A stretch of DNA of 64,000 nt, taken from a virus. Its lineage: Duplodnaviria > Caudoviricetes. Numbering within the stretch: the first letter of the stretch is position 1; every line of letters starts with the position of its first letter. Positions 34,989 to 44,195 of the stretch are shown one piece after another. The stretch spans positions 1 to 64,000 of IMG/VR virus record IMGVR_UViG_3300037455_000245. One strand, written 5' to 3'. The notes beneath the pieces were generated by a model. That model was given only the letters and a program-made list of their open reading frames with translations, had not been told where the DNA came from and did no database searches. Both the position numbers and the translations under genes were made by a program.

Positions 34989-35204
34989 ATGTGGAAACCA
35001 GGTCAATTAAAATGGTTTGGTGGTAGAAGATATAGAATAAAAAAGATAAAATATAGCAAACTGAATAGATCACAAATATGTTCAGAATGCTGTTGTTGTT
35101 CGTATCCAATTTCTCCACCATGTACTTGGTGTGACATTTGCAAAATACCAGCAAATTGTTATCCAAAGTTAGACCCAAGAACTCCAAAACTCAAGCGTAA
35201 TTAG
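34989..35204 (+). CDS. small Cys-rich KPGQL-family protein
   Basis: KPGQL...RYR...CYPKLD. Confidence 0.7.
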   Translation: MWKPGQLKWFGGRRYRIKKIKYSKLNRSQICSECCCCSYPISPPCTWCDICKIPANCYPKLDPRTPKLKRN

Positions 35205-35206
35205 TT

Positions 35207-35398
35207 ATGTTAAAACCAGGACAACTAATATGGTACGATAAAAAGAGATATCGAGTAACTAGAGCAGGTAAATACAAGCTGTGTTGTATGTTGTATTCAC
35301 ATATAAACAAAGGCGCTAAACCTTGTGGTAAACTATGTAACAGAATGCCGCTTCATTGCTACCCAAAACTCGATATGCCAAAACTCAAGCGCAGGTGA
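35207..35398 (+). CDS. small Cys-rich KPGQL-family protein
   Basis: Paralog of the preceding gene. Confidence 0.7.
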   Translation: MLKPGQLIWYDKKRYRVTRAGKYKLCCMLYSHINKGAKPCGKLCNRMPLHCYPKLDMPKLKRR

Positions 35399-35440
35399 GT
35401 TATGTCCTCGCAAGTTTAAAACGTTTTAAATCAATTAAAA

Positions 35441-35890
35441 ATGCCACAAAAAGTAAAACAAGGCGATTTCATCAGAAGGAAGTATGGGATATACGTATCT
35501 CAACAAATACTTCAAGTAGACGATGTAGCAGAAAACGGTGTCTGGGCTCATAGAGTCAAAGTAGACGCTGTAGGATCTCAATGGATTCCTATGCCACAAG
35601 TAATTGTGAGCAACGAAAGAGTCCTCAAACTCTCAATCTCTGCAGAAGATGCAGATTACTTAGCTAAATCACACAATAATAGGCTCGACCACACTGCCAC
35701 AAAACAGTGGTTAGAAGCCGCAAATGGCAAGCTGTATGATGTTGTGTTATTGAGAAATGTAGCAAAACAGAAAGAAATTTTTGTGAGTAATGCCACATTT
35801 ATCAAAACTTCAACATTTGCCGGCAAACCGCCGAAGAAAACGATTGGTGTGAGAATTGTCTTTGAAACATATCTTCGTATGCGAGTATGA
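35441..35890 (+). CDS. hypothetical protein
   Basis: 149 aa. Confidence 0.75.
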   Translation: MPQKVKQGDFIRRKYGIYVSQQILQVDDVAENGVWAHRVKVDAVGSQWIPMPQVIVSNERVLKLSISAEDADYLAKSHNNRLDHTATKQWLEAANGKLYDVVLLRNVAKQKEIFVSNATFIKTSTFAGKPPKKTIGVRIVFETYLRMRV

Positions 35891-36084
35891 AACAGTTAAA
35901 ACCAGGGCAGTTATGTATAATAAACGGTACGTTGTATCGTGCAAAGAAACGTACTGACGGATGTTCTGGTTGTTCGTTAGACAATTTCTTTGTATGCCCA
36001 TCAATTAAGTTAAAAAACAAATCGGGATTACTCGATTGCTACAGCATGGGAATTATACTCGTGAGAGTACTACCAAAGCGTTAG
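35887..36084 (+). CDS. small Cys-rich KPGQL-family protein
   Basis: LKPGQL...YRA...CSGC. Confidence 0.7.
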   Translation: MKQLKPGQLCIINGTLYRAKKRTDGCSGCSLDNFFVCPSIKLKNKSGLLDCYSMGIILVRVLPKR

Positions 36085-36184
36085 CGAACGCAGTGTTTGT
36101 TTGTTCATAAAACGAATGATTTTAGTTAGAAAGAATCTTTTTGAAAGCTCGAGTACGTCTGTTGTGAAACACACGTGCTCATTT
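36085..36184 (+). ncRNA. candidate sRNA 3
   Basis: ...TTTGTTCATAAAACGAATGATTTTAGTTAG...GAGTACGTCTGTT-GTGA-AACACACGTGCTC. Confidence 0.5.
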
Positions 36185-36669
36185 AAATTATTGCATAGAA
36201 ATCAGCTAAAGCGGAAACCTCAAGCCCGCAAGTTGTTGTAGTACCAAGAACGACCGTAAAGTCGGCAGAGAGAAATTAATTGTGTACACAACTATGACAG
36301 CGAATGATGAGAGGGTGCAATTGCATTTAGTGCTCAACTCGCAGAGTTAGGACGATAAACCAGTGGCGTACCAGAGATATTCGTCAGGTACTGACCTTCT
36401 CGCCAGGAAGGAGTAGCACAAACAAACGTGAACATATGTATACCTGTTCAATTAAGCAGAAACTTAGCACAAAAGTGCGAATCTGAAACGAAGCTTAAGC
36501 TCAGTGGGTCAAACTGAGCATTTGCCTGAAAGAATGGCTAGTTGCCATAGGAACTGGGAAGCCTATGTGCGAGAGCAAAAGAGAACCCAACCCCACAGTC
36601 ACAAATTCTGGATTAGCCATAGGCATGCCGCAATTAGGTGTAGACTCGAAGTCACTGTGGGGAACAACG

Positions 36670-36792
36670 CTGTGAAGCGTACGTTTGTCATTTAATAAAA
36701 TTAATAATGTAGTAAATTTCTTTTAATTTTCTCATTTAGTTTTGTTATTTTAAACGTTTGTGCGCTCTGTCGTGAGACAGGGTGCACTTTTC
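36670..36792 (+). ncRNA. candidate sRNA 4
   Basis: ...TTTCTCATTTAGTTTTGTTATTTTAAACGTTT-GTGCGCTCTGTC-GTGA-GACAGGGTGCAC-TTTT. Confidence 0.5.
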
Positions 36793-36810
36793 ACAGCAAA
36801 TAAATATTTG

Positions 36811-37146
36811 ATGATGATAACATTAAATAATTTCTACCCGTTATCTAAACGGCGAAGTAAAAGGTTAAAACGTCTCTCTAAAAAGAAGAAATCAAAACTG
36901 AAAGAGAGAACATGGACTGCTGGGAGACTCATAACATTTGTATCGATTGATATTTTTGGAAAAGAACATAGGTTCTTAGTACAAATGAAAAAATGTTACG
37001 AGAATCTTAGAGAACATCGATGTGCACAATGTAGAATAATAAACCATTATAGATTGTGCATGGACATTCGTGGAGAAATGCGTAAAAAATGTATGAGAAA
37101 ATCAGACTTATCGTGCTATCCACAAAAACTCAGAATATTGAAATAA
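36811..37146 (+). CDS. basic Cys-rich protein, divergent KPGQL-family member
   Basis: WTAGRL...CAQC...CYPQKL. Confidence 0.6.
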   Translation: MMITLNNFYPLSKRRSKRLKRLSKKKKSKLKERTWTAGRLITFVSIDIFGKEHRFLVQMKKCYENLREHRCAQCRIINHYRLCMDIRGEMRKKCMRKSDLSCYPQKLRILK

Positions 37147-37470
37147 TTTCAGAGTTCACTAAAGAAATACGTCCGAGGAGGTTTGGAGGTTGCGTCGTAA
37201 GGAGCTTGTATACGACCCAATGTAGGACGTTTTTAAAATTGGCTTAGGGCTGTGCCGGAAGATTGCGGTGTTTATAACAACAATAAATGCGTATTGCCAG
37301 AAGTTGTTGGAAATCGTAACCAAAACTCACCGCATGAAAACAGCCCACCCCATTGGGTGATTACAATCGCTATAGAGATAGCGTAGGGAGGTTATACCTT
37401 ACTTCAAAGAACGCAAAATTTCGGAATCGACAATGATCCAGTTTATCAGTCCCCGTATAATCACCCACTT

Positions 37471-37540
37471 GATCTCTTCGTCTATCGGTCAGGATGCAGC
37501 CAATTTGTCTGAGGGAGCAGTTCAACTCTGCTAGAGATCT
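37471..37540 (+). tRNA. tRNA-like element (Glu/Asp-type D arm, shortened anticodon arm)
   Basis: GATCTCT/AGAGATC acceptor, TCGTCTATCGGTCAGGAT, AGCAG-TTCAACT-CTGCT; 15-nt anticodon arm. Confidence 0.65.
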
Positions 37541-37626
37541 CAAATCGAATGTGATTCAGGTTTTTTCCAAGTTCCTATTTAAAAACTGGAGCAAAACTTA
37601 AGTTTTATTTAAATCATTTATCAAAA

Positions 37627-38163
37627 ATGAAGAAATTTATTCTGTTCTTTTGCGCCATGCTTATGCTAGCGCTAGGCTTTTCCAGTTGTAATGACGCCGG
37701 AAAGGTTATTTGGTCAGAGTCGGAAATTGAAGAAGTTTGTAAACAAACTGCCACTTCCGTATACTTTGATCTGGTTAATCCGACGTATAGCAACGTCGAT
37801 GAGGTCGTAGACGACCTTGATGCGTATCAAGACCACATGTCAATTGACAGTGTGTTCTACTCTCTACCAATTAGTACCATCAAACGTGTAGCGGATGTGT
37901 GTATAAACAAATCAGGGCAAACTGATAAGAAACAGATAGTGCGAGAATACCTAAAAAATATATCAGTATATTCAAACATGTCTGAAAATCTACCGCCCAG
38001 TAAGAACGACAAGGCCACTGCAACCGGAGATGGAGGATCCGGCGTTACCAAGGATGATAGCACATCGGTGTTTGAAACAAGCTACAATTACTATACTGAC
38101 ACTGTGGGTGGGAAACCCATTAAGGTTCAGGTAAAGACAATCAAGAGCTATGTCAAACCCTAA
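37627..38163 (+). CDS. putative lipoprotein
   Basis: MKKFILFFCAMLMLALGFSSC lipobox. Confidence 0.8.
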   Translation: MKKFILFFCAMLMLALGFSSCNDAGKVIWSESEIEEVCKQTATSVYFDLVNPTYSNVDEVVDDLDAYQDHMSIDSVFYSLPISTIKRVADVCINKSGQTDKKQIVREYLKNISVYSNMSENLPPSKNDKATATGDGGSGVTKDDSTSVFETSYNYYTDTVGGKPIKVQVKTIKSYVKP

Positions 38164-38665
38164 CGCAATAGAGTCTCGTGCGCTGATAATTCAGTGGCAG
38201 GGCAAAGCATTCGGCTTGGAAAACCAGAAGCGGCTCATTGCTGCAATGGTAGATGCCAATGTAATCTCCGTGAACAATCCTACAATAGTAGAGCTCAGTG
38301 GAGAGGATTTAGCAAAAGCTGCTTATCTCAAAGCTGTAATGGGTAACGATGTCGAAGTAAAACTTCCAGAAGACATCGATCCTATATTACACAGCATTGA
38401 GATTGTAGGAACTCGGTATAACGGTCTTAACAGTAACCAGTTTACAGTTAAGATATTTGGTGACATAATTGCAGAAGTGCACAAGCGATCTGTTGGGTTA
38501 TCCCACGATCTTGAACTCATCACTGCAATGGATATTCTCGCTAATCACACTATTACACAGAAGTACTCAAATGTATTGAAGAAGTATGGTGTGACTAAGA
38601 CAATGCTTGAGACTATTCGTAACGCATACAATGCATATCATGTCAACCAAGCGGAGTTCATCTAA
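38150..38665 (+). CDS. hypothetical protein
   Basis: 171 aa. Confidence 0.75.
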   Translation: MSNPNAIESRALIIQWQGKAFGLENQKRLIAAMVDANVISVNNPTIVELSGEDLAKAAYLKAVMGNDVEVKLPEDIDPILHSIEIVGTRYNGLNSNQFTVKIFGDIIAEVHKRSVGLSHDLELITAMDILANHTITQKYSNVLKKYGVTKTMLETIRNAYNAYHVNQAEFI

Positions 38666-38797
38666 GGTTAAAGTCCCACAGGGATATAAACCTAAGCATG
38701 TAAATGCTATTCCATACAAAAGAGAGAAATATACTGTAAACGATTACCGTCGTGAGCAGTAATAACTTAAGTTATCAACAATTTAAATTTATCAAAA

Positions 38798-39295
38798 ATG
38801 GCAAAAGAAACAAAAGAAGGCAAGAAGACCCTCGGTCTCTTGGATGTGAATGAAGACAATTTCGAGCAGAGTCTGGACAATGCTGGAAAATTCGGTCAGG
38901 ACGTGATCGATCTGGCAACAGAGAAGGCAGAGAAAGAAGAGAAGGAGCGCAAGGCCCGGGAGTTTAACTCCATTAAGGACAAGGCTGCATACCAGAAACT
39001 TCGTCTCGTAGCTGACTGCCAGTATTCCAAGAAATCAATGGAGATCCAGAAGGAGGCCATGAAGGCTGTAGACGCTCTGTTCGAGCGCGTAGCGAAGGGC
39101 GAAATGGACGCCGTAGACTTCGACGAGGCAAGAGAGAAGGCTATCGACGAGTCCATCAAGAAGGTCAACGATCTTGGAAAGAAGCGTCGTACCAATCTTG
39201 AGAAGCTCCGCAACGCTTATCCCGGCCACTGGTGTTTTGCCTGGGATAACCCGTTCCAGCGCTTGAATCGCGCAATCGAGGACAACAAACGTTAA
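38798..39295 (+). CDS. coiled-coil hypothetical protein
   Basis: 165 aa, TATCAAAAATG context. Confidence 0.8.
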   Translation: MAKETKEGKKTLGLLDVNEDNFEQSLDNAGKFGQDVIDLATEKAEKEEKERKAREFNSIKDKAAYQKLRLVADCQYSKKSMEIQKEAMKAVDALFERVAKGEMDAVDFDEAREKAIDESIKKVNDLGKKRRTNLEKLRNAYPGHWCFAWDNPFQRLNRAIEDNKR

Positions 39296-39311
39296 ATCCT
39301 GCAACAGGCGA

Positions 39312-39718
39312 GTGCCTTGTGCCAGTACCTGATAGACTCAAGATCTGTATAATAAACTTAGTGCGTATAGTTTCTATAAGGTGAGAGTTGTACTGGCCTG
39401 AATTGACAGGTCCGACGAGTGCCGGAGTATGGAGAGAGAAACTGTTAGCGGAAGTGTTAAAATAGCAATATGATGATCATATGGCACAGCTATTGTGATT
39501 TTTAACTATATGGAAACTAATAAGCCTCTCTCAGTTACGAGTGCCAGTTCGGCAGGTAAGCAGCGAACCAACGCTGTTAAAATATATTGGTCCATTGATC
39601 AAATCACTATCTTGTATGTGCCTTGTGCCGGGGAATTTCTTTGAGTCAAGAGACAAAAAGACCCTGCAAGATATATCAAAAATGTGAACTATATACTATG
39701 TGTGTGCCTTGTGCCGGA
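39312..39718 (+). repeat. array of GTGCC(TTGTGCC) motifs
   Basis: Units at about 39312, 39419, 39541, 39618, 39704. Confidence 0.7.
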
Positions 39719-39849
39719 GCATGGTCAATGTAGGATAATTTAAGGACGAAAATAAGGCAAACTAAGATGTTTGAATCTTTGAATGGACCAGCTATCCACA
39801 AGAAGCCTAAAAATAGCTCAGGGAGCCTGAAAATAGCCTTAAATCGAAT

Positions 39850-40177
39850 GTTTTAGCTGATCCCTAAAGCGTTCAACATAGAAATCTTAGCGGTCTGAGG
39901 TATTCTGTTCGGACACGGGTTCGAATCCCGTCGGGTCCACTACAGGAGGTGTCTGGATTTTACGTTTCGACAAGTTAGTCAGACTCAATTCAGGAAACTG
40001 CCGGCATTATCTGAGCCTCCTTTTCTTATATGGGCTCGATAGGCTTTAGACGGGCAGATGAAGTAAAGGCATTAACGCTTCGATATAAATTTAAACGACA
40101 ATATAAACATTGTCGACTATACGGGCCTCAAGGAGGCAGCGTAAAGTCCGTGTACAGGCTACGACAGTGCCTGTGGA
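39850..40177 (+). ncRNA. ssrA: circularly permuted two-piece tmRNA (5' boundary approximate)
   Basis: Acceptor piece GGAC-ACGGG-TTCGAAT-CCCGT-CGGGTCC-A (39911-39939) precedes coding piece GGGCTCGATAGGCTTTAGACGGG (40032); G3:U70; tag DNINIVDYTGLKEAA* at 40097-40144. Confidence 0.88.
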
Positions 40178-40248
40178 TGGATCATGGTGTAATGGTAACA
40201 CTACAGACTTTGGTTCTGTCATTTTGGGTTCGAATCCCGATGATCCAA
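40178..40248 (+). tRNA. tRNA-Gln(TTG)
   Basis: Canonical cloverleaf, ACAGA-CTTTGGT-TCTGT. Confidence 0.93.
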
Positions 40249-40269
40249 CTACAACTAAAATTAATTGAC

Positions 40270-41160
40270 ATGTCAAAAAAATACGATTTTAATAACAATT
40301 AGGAGGAAATAGCTGAGCCTAGTATTGTTAGAATAAACAAAGACTAGGTATCTATTATTCACGCATCTAGTACAGACGTCACAGAAATACCAGATGATGA
40401 AGAGTTGATTATATAGATAGGAAATATAGAATCCTACAATCCATCAACTCTTAGTCCTGAACCAGAACCAGAGAACATTCCGAATAATAATGGAGGCAAT
40501 AATAGTTCACAGGGAAATGGGTCAGAAAACGGAGGAGGATCTGAAAGTGGATCCAGTACAGTTCCAATTATAAATGGAGATACTGTAACCATTGGAAATA
40601 AAACATACGGAACTGTACATGTAAATATCCAGAACGACACAGGAAGTGAAATACGATTGTACGGAGAAATGTTAATATGTGCATCTAGAACCCCATCAAA
40701 TTGGAATAACGCCATTCAAATTAGCGCTGACTTTATTAGACCACACAACCCAGACTGGTACAGTTATCCAAATACAGTTAGTATAGGAATAGGTTAGTCT
40801 TGTTCAATAAATTGTTTAGTAGAAACTAAATATCTTGACGGTACATATTATTTAATGGAAGGACAAAGTGCCAGTGACTACGTAACACCTGTGTGGTTAT
40901 ATAGTGTATACTATAATACACGAGACAATACAGTAAACTGGGGACAAGCGTTGTATCATATAGAAAAGAATGAGATTCGCTAGTAGTTATCTAATGGAGC
41001 AACAATATACGTTACAGCAGATAGATTAAAATTAAGCGATGAAAGTCCAAGAGTAACTGATACAACGGTTGCTATAAGTGGCACAACTACAGAAGTTAAC
41101 AATTTACCTAATACCATACATTACGTTGTATTACCTATTGGAGAAAAAACATTATTATGA
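40270..41160 (+). CDS. hypothetical beta-rich protein, 296 aa, 6 TAG
   Basis: Open from ATG 40270 to TGA 41160 only if TAG is sense; absent from the ORF track. Confidence 0.8.
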
Positions 41161-41804
41161 AGATACAAGACAACATGATCATTCTTAGTGCTGGAGAATA
41201 GCTCATAATTAAAACAGAAGCAGCACAAGAAACGCAACCTGTGACTAAACCAGTATAGGCAGTTGAACCAGTACCTGCAAACGAAATTAAATTCAACTTG
41301 ATAAATAAAACCAACGAAACCGTATATTTCTCAGGTAAGTTGAAACTCTACATTAAACAGAGTAATACTGATATATGGGATAATGATGGGTTTGAGATTA
41401 ACTTATGTGGTCCAGATGATATTTCAGATGGTTGGCCACACTGGCGTAAGAATAATATAAGTCTTGCTCCTGGTAAATCAAAAGAACTCACAGTAACTGA
41501 AATTAAGAAATATGTTGGTACAGGTGTTGCAAACAAAGTTAATACTGTAACAGAACCACTAAGTAAATATATTGGATGGAAGTTTGTATCTGCAGATAAA
41601 GGAAACCCATTTCCTAATTTATCTATTCCAGCTGTTAAACTTGGCGTAGCAGTAATAAGCAATGGAAGTATATCTAATAGTGCATTTATATTACATATAA
41701 CACCGATTAACAGTACAATACAATTAGGTAAGACATATAATCTTATTATAGACACCATTAAACCTAATTATAAACCAAACGCTGATAAATTATACAGCAA
41801 ATAA
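41157..41804 (+). CDS. hypothetical beta-rich protein, 215 aa, 2 TAG
   Basis: ATGA overlap; extends listed ORF 41298..41804. Confidence 0.8.
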
Positions 41805-41806
41805 CG

Positions 41807-41832
41807 AAAAGCTCCTCAAAAGGGAGCTTTTT
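41807..41832 (+). terminator. intrinsic terminator
   Basis: AAAAGCTCC-TCAAAAG-GGAGCTTTTT. Confidence 0.75.
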
Positions 41833-41874
41833 GCGTATATGGTATTTTGTGAGGTCCGATTCCTCACTACGCAC
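41832..41874 (+). ncRNA. tRNA minihelix
   Basis: TGCGTA-11 nt-GTGAGG-TCCGATT-CCTCAC-TACGCA. Confidence 0.5.
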
Positions 41875-41927
41875 AATGTGGACAGCAGGGGCAGCGTGAC
41901 ACCACTATAAAAACAAACGCCCCACAC

Positions 41928-42001
41928 GGACTTTTAGCTCAGTTGGTTAGAGCAACAGACTCATAATCTGGAGGTCGCAGGTTCAAGCCCTGCATGGTCC
42001 A
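41928..42001 (+). tRNA. tRNA with CAT anticodon (Ile2-like or Met)
   Basis: Canonical cloverleaf, CAGA-CTCATAA-TCTG. Confidence 0.9.
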
Positions 42002-42020
42002 CAAACAAATCATAATCAAT

Positions 42021-42500
42021 ATGAACACAGGTTACAAGGAAATGCTGAGGGACAGATGTCCTAAAGTAGTTAGCTTAGCATTAAAGTATTGTAAAGCTAA
42101 AGAAACATGGTTAAACCATGTGTACAAGAATTGGATTTGGATATACAAGAGCAAAAAGGAGCGTCTCGATGCTACTAAAAGATTGCTCGGCAGTAAATCT
42201 AAGCCATTCTGTTTTGCAGATACTATCGATTGGGAGAATCTCAACAAAGAAGAGAAATCTTATTGGGAAACTATTCAAACTTGGGTATCTTGGTTCCAGA
42301 ATAAGTATGCATATATGCAAAACGCTTATTCTATCTCTAAGAGTAAAGGATATAAAGTAGAAGACATTAAATATGAGCTCATGCTTAATTTTATGTTGGA
42401 ACTATGCCCAAGCTCACAGGATGATACAAAGACAAAGAAAATGAAGAACAAAAAAGTTAACGAACTCGCAGATTTTCTTATCGAATCGTTTGAACAATGA
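42021..42500 (+). CDS. hypothetical protein
   Basis: MNTGYKEMLRDR... Confidence 0.75.
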   Translation: MNTGYKEMLRDRCPKVVSLALKYCKAKETWLNHVYKNWIWIYKSKKERLDATKRLLGSKSKPFCFADTIDWENLNKEEKSYWETIQTWVSWFQNKYAYMQNAYSISKSKGYKVEDIKYELMLNFMLELCPSSQDDTKTKKMKNKKVNELADFLIESFEQ

Positions 42501-42949
42501 ATATGTCTGTATTTTCCAAATATCTCGAGCCTCTACGTGAGGCAAATTTGATCTGTTTAACGGACGATCCAAAGCCAAGTGAGATCTACGCAGCGCTGCG
42601 TATCGCATACAATCAAGGCTCAGTGGGTGTAGAATACACTACGCAAATGATCAGTCCAATTGCAAATGACGGAGATGATTATGACGAATGCTATGACATC
42701 TGGGAATGTGCACAATCCGAATCACTAAAAGAGTGGATTGGATGGGTTAATCGAAAGATAACTCTGCAAATTGGCTTACAGAACTACCAAACAATTGGTG
42801 TTAGAGTACGTATAGCCACCAGCATGTTAAATATGTTGGTTCAATTAGGAAAAGTACCAGACAAAGTAGCTCAAAAGATTCATTATTATCTTTGTAACAA
42901 CGTAAGGAACGAAATTACACTCATCGTAAACGAAGAGTTACCGTTCTAG
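42497..42949 (+). CDS. hypothetical protein ending EELPF (TAG stop)
   Basis: 150 aa, SSB-like acidic LPF tail. Confidence 0.75.
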   Translation: MNMSVFSKYLEPLREANLICLTDDPKPSEIYAALRIAYNQGSVGVEYTTQMISPIANDGDDYDECYDIWECAQSESLKEWIGWVNRKITLQIGLQNYQTIGVRVRIATSMLNMLVQLGKVPDKVAQKIHYYLCNNVRNEITLIVNEELPF

Positions 42950-43144
42950 GGCAGTCCCACCCATCCCAGGTATTTATACGCTGCATATGGGTTCTAAAAG
43001 AGGTATGGTTTGATCCAAACTGCCCGCAACACAGCGGATGTCTGTTATAGGAGTGACACCTTAATAACCATCGTCTTGGTAAAATTCCGTCCAAGCACTA
43101 ACGGTATGTCCCTCCCAGGAACTATCTACTCAATTTTGTTTGAT

Positions 43145-43705
43145 ATGGCTAAGAATCCGAAGATTACAGAAGAAGAAATAGCCCTTATCAAAAGCGCTCA
43201 AGCAGGAGAAATCTCTGCTTATAATAAACTTTATGAGAAGTACAAAAACTTCACCACAAACCTTTTGTTTAGATACATTAAGGATTTTGATGAATCCAAA
43301 GAGATTAATAATATCGTTTGGCTTAAAGTTTATAAGAAACTCTCGAAATTCAAAGACTATACTTCATTTGGAGGATGGTTGAGAATACTTACAAATCGAA
43401 CTGCAATAGATTATCTACGCAAGTTAAATGATTTGAACTATGTCTCTGACACTAATGCTCGCTTTGTATCCGAGGATGACAGAGAAGATGTTTATAATGA
43501 TAGCATCTCTGATGATATTACTTACAAACAGTTAGTTGAAACATTTAAGCAATTCCCAGAAGACGCTCGTAAAGTCTTTGAATTGTATTACGGAGAAGGT
43601 CTTACTGTCAGTGAGATTCATAAGGTTACGAACATTCCGGAAGGTACGATTAAATCGCATCTCTCACGAAAACGTAACTTGTTAAAAAACAAATTCAAAC
43701 TGTAA
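43145..43705 (+). CDS. ECF-type RNA polymerase sigma factor
   Basis: AYNKLYEKY, FGGWLRILTNRTAIDYLR, region-4 HTH IPEGTIKSHLSR. Confidence 0.92.
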   Translation: MAKNPKITEEEIALIKSAQAGEISAYNKLYEKYKNFTTNLLFRYIKDFDESKEINNIVWLKVYKKLSKFKDYTSFGGWLRILTNRTAIDYLRKLNDLNYVSDTNARFVSEDDREDVYNDSISDDITYKQLVETFKQFPEDARKVFELYYGEGLTVSEIHKVTNIPEGTIKSHLSRKRNLLKNKFKL

Positions 43706-43709
43706 AATT

Positions 43710-44120
43710 ATGATGACTTTAATCGCTTTCTTGGCTATTACAGCAGTAATCACAGCTATAGCTCGCTATAACGAAAGTGATTCTCTGTTCTGGAAGCTCT
43801 TTATCTCCCTTGTTGGAGCTTATGGAGCAGCCACTATCGTCACCCACGTGATTGATAGTAAAGAGAAGGATAAAGTCGTGATGATTGATGACAATCCCAC
43901 ACAGGTGCACAAGAGCGTAAGCTACGCTCCGTTTGTGATGCGTAGCACGTCTCTTAGTGCTACCCGTCGGGTGAAAACCCAAAAGCCTGTGAGTAAGGAT
44001 ACTGTCATTAAGAATAGCGATTCTATCCTGAGTAAGGTCTTCGTGTCTGCACGAGGCCAACCACAGATAAGCTCTGTACGACATATACTACATGAGCTTG
44101 TATACTTCGACACGTCATGA
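43710..44120 (+). CDS. membrane protein
   Basis: Two N-terminal hydrophobic segments. Confidence 0.7.
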   Translation: MMTLIAFLAITAVITAIARYNESDSLFWKLFISLVGAYGAATIVTHVIDSKEKDKVVMIDDNPTQVHKSVSYAPFVMRSTSLSATRRVKTQKPVSKDTVIKNSDSILSKVFVSARGQPQISSVRHILHELVYFDTS

Positions 44121-44195
44121 CTGACATATTTCACTAAGAAATCACATTCGAAGTACATTTAACTAGAGTATTAACAAAAAATTTTCATTATCAAA

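Noticed and set aside
39312-39718. Possible CRISPR array
   Set aside because: Repeats are only 5-12 nt with 70-110 nt uneven spacers
40030-40302. Listed 90-aa ORF
   Set aside because: Overlaps the tmRNA coding piece and tRNA-Gln; only its last codons belong to the real gene starting at 40270
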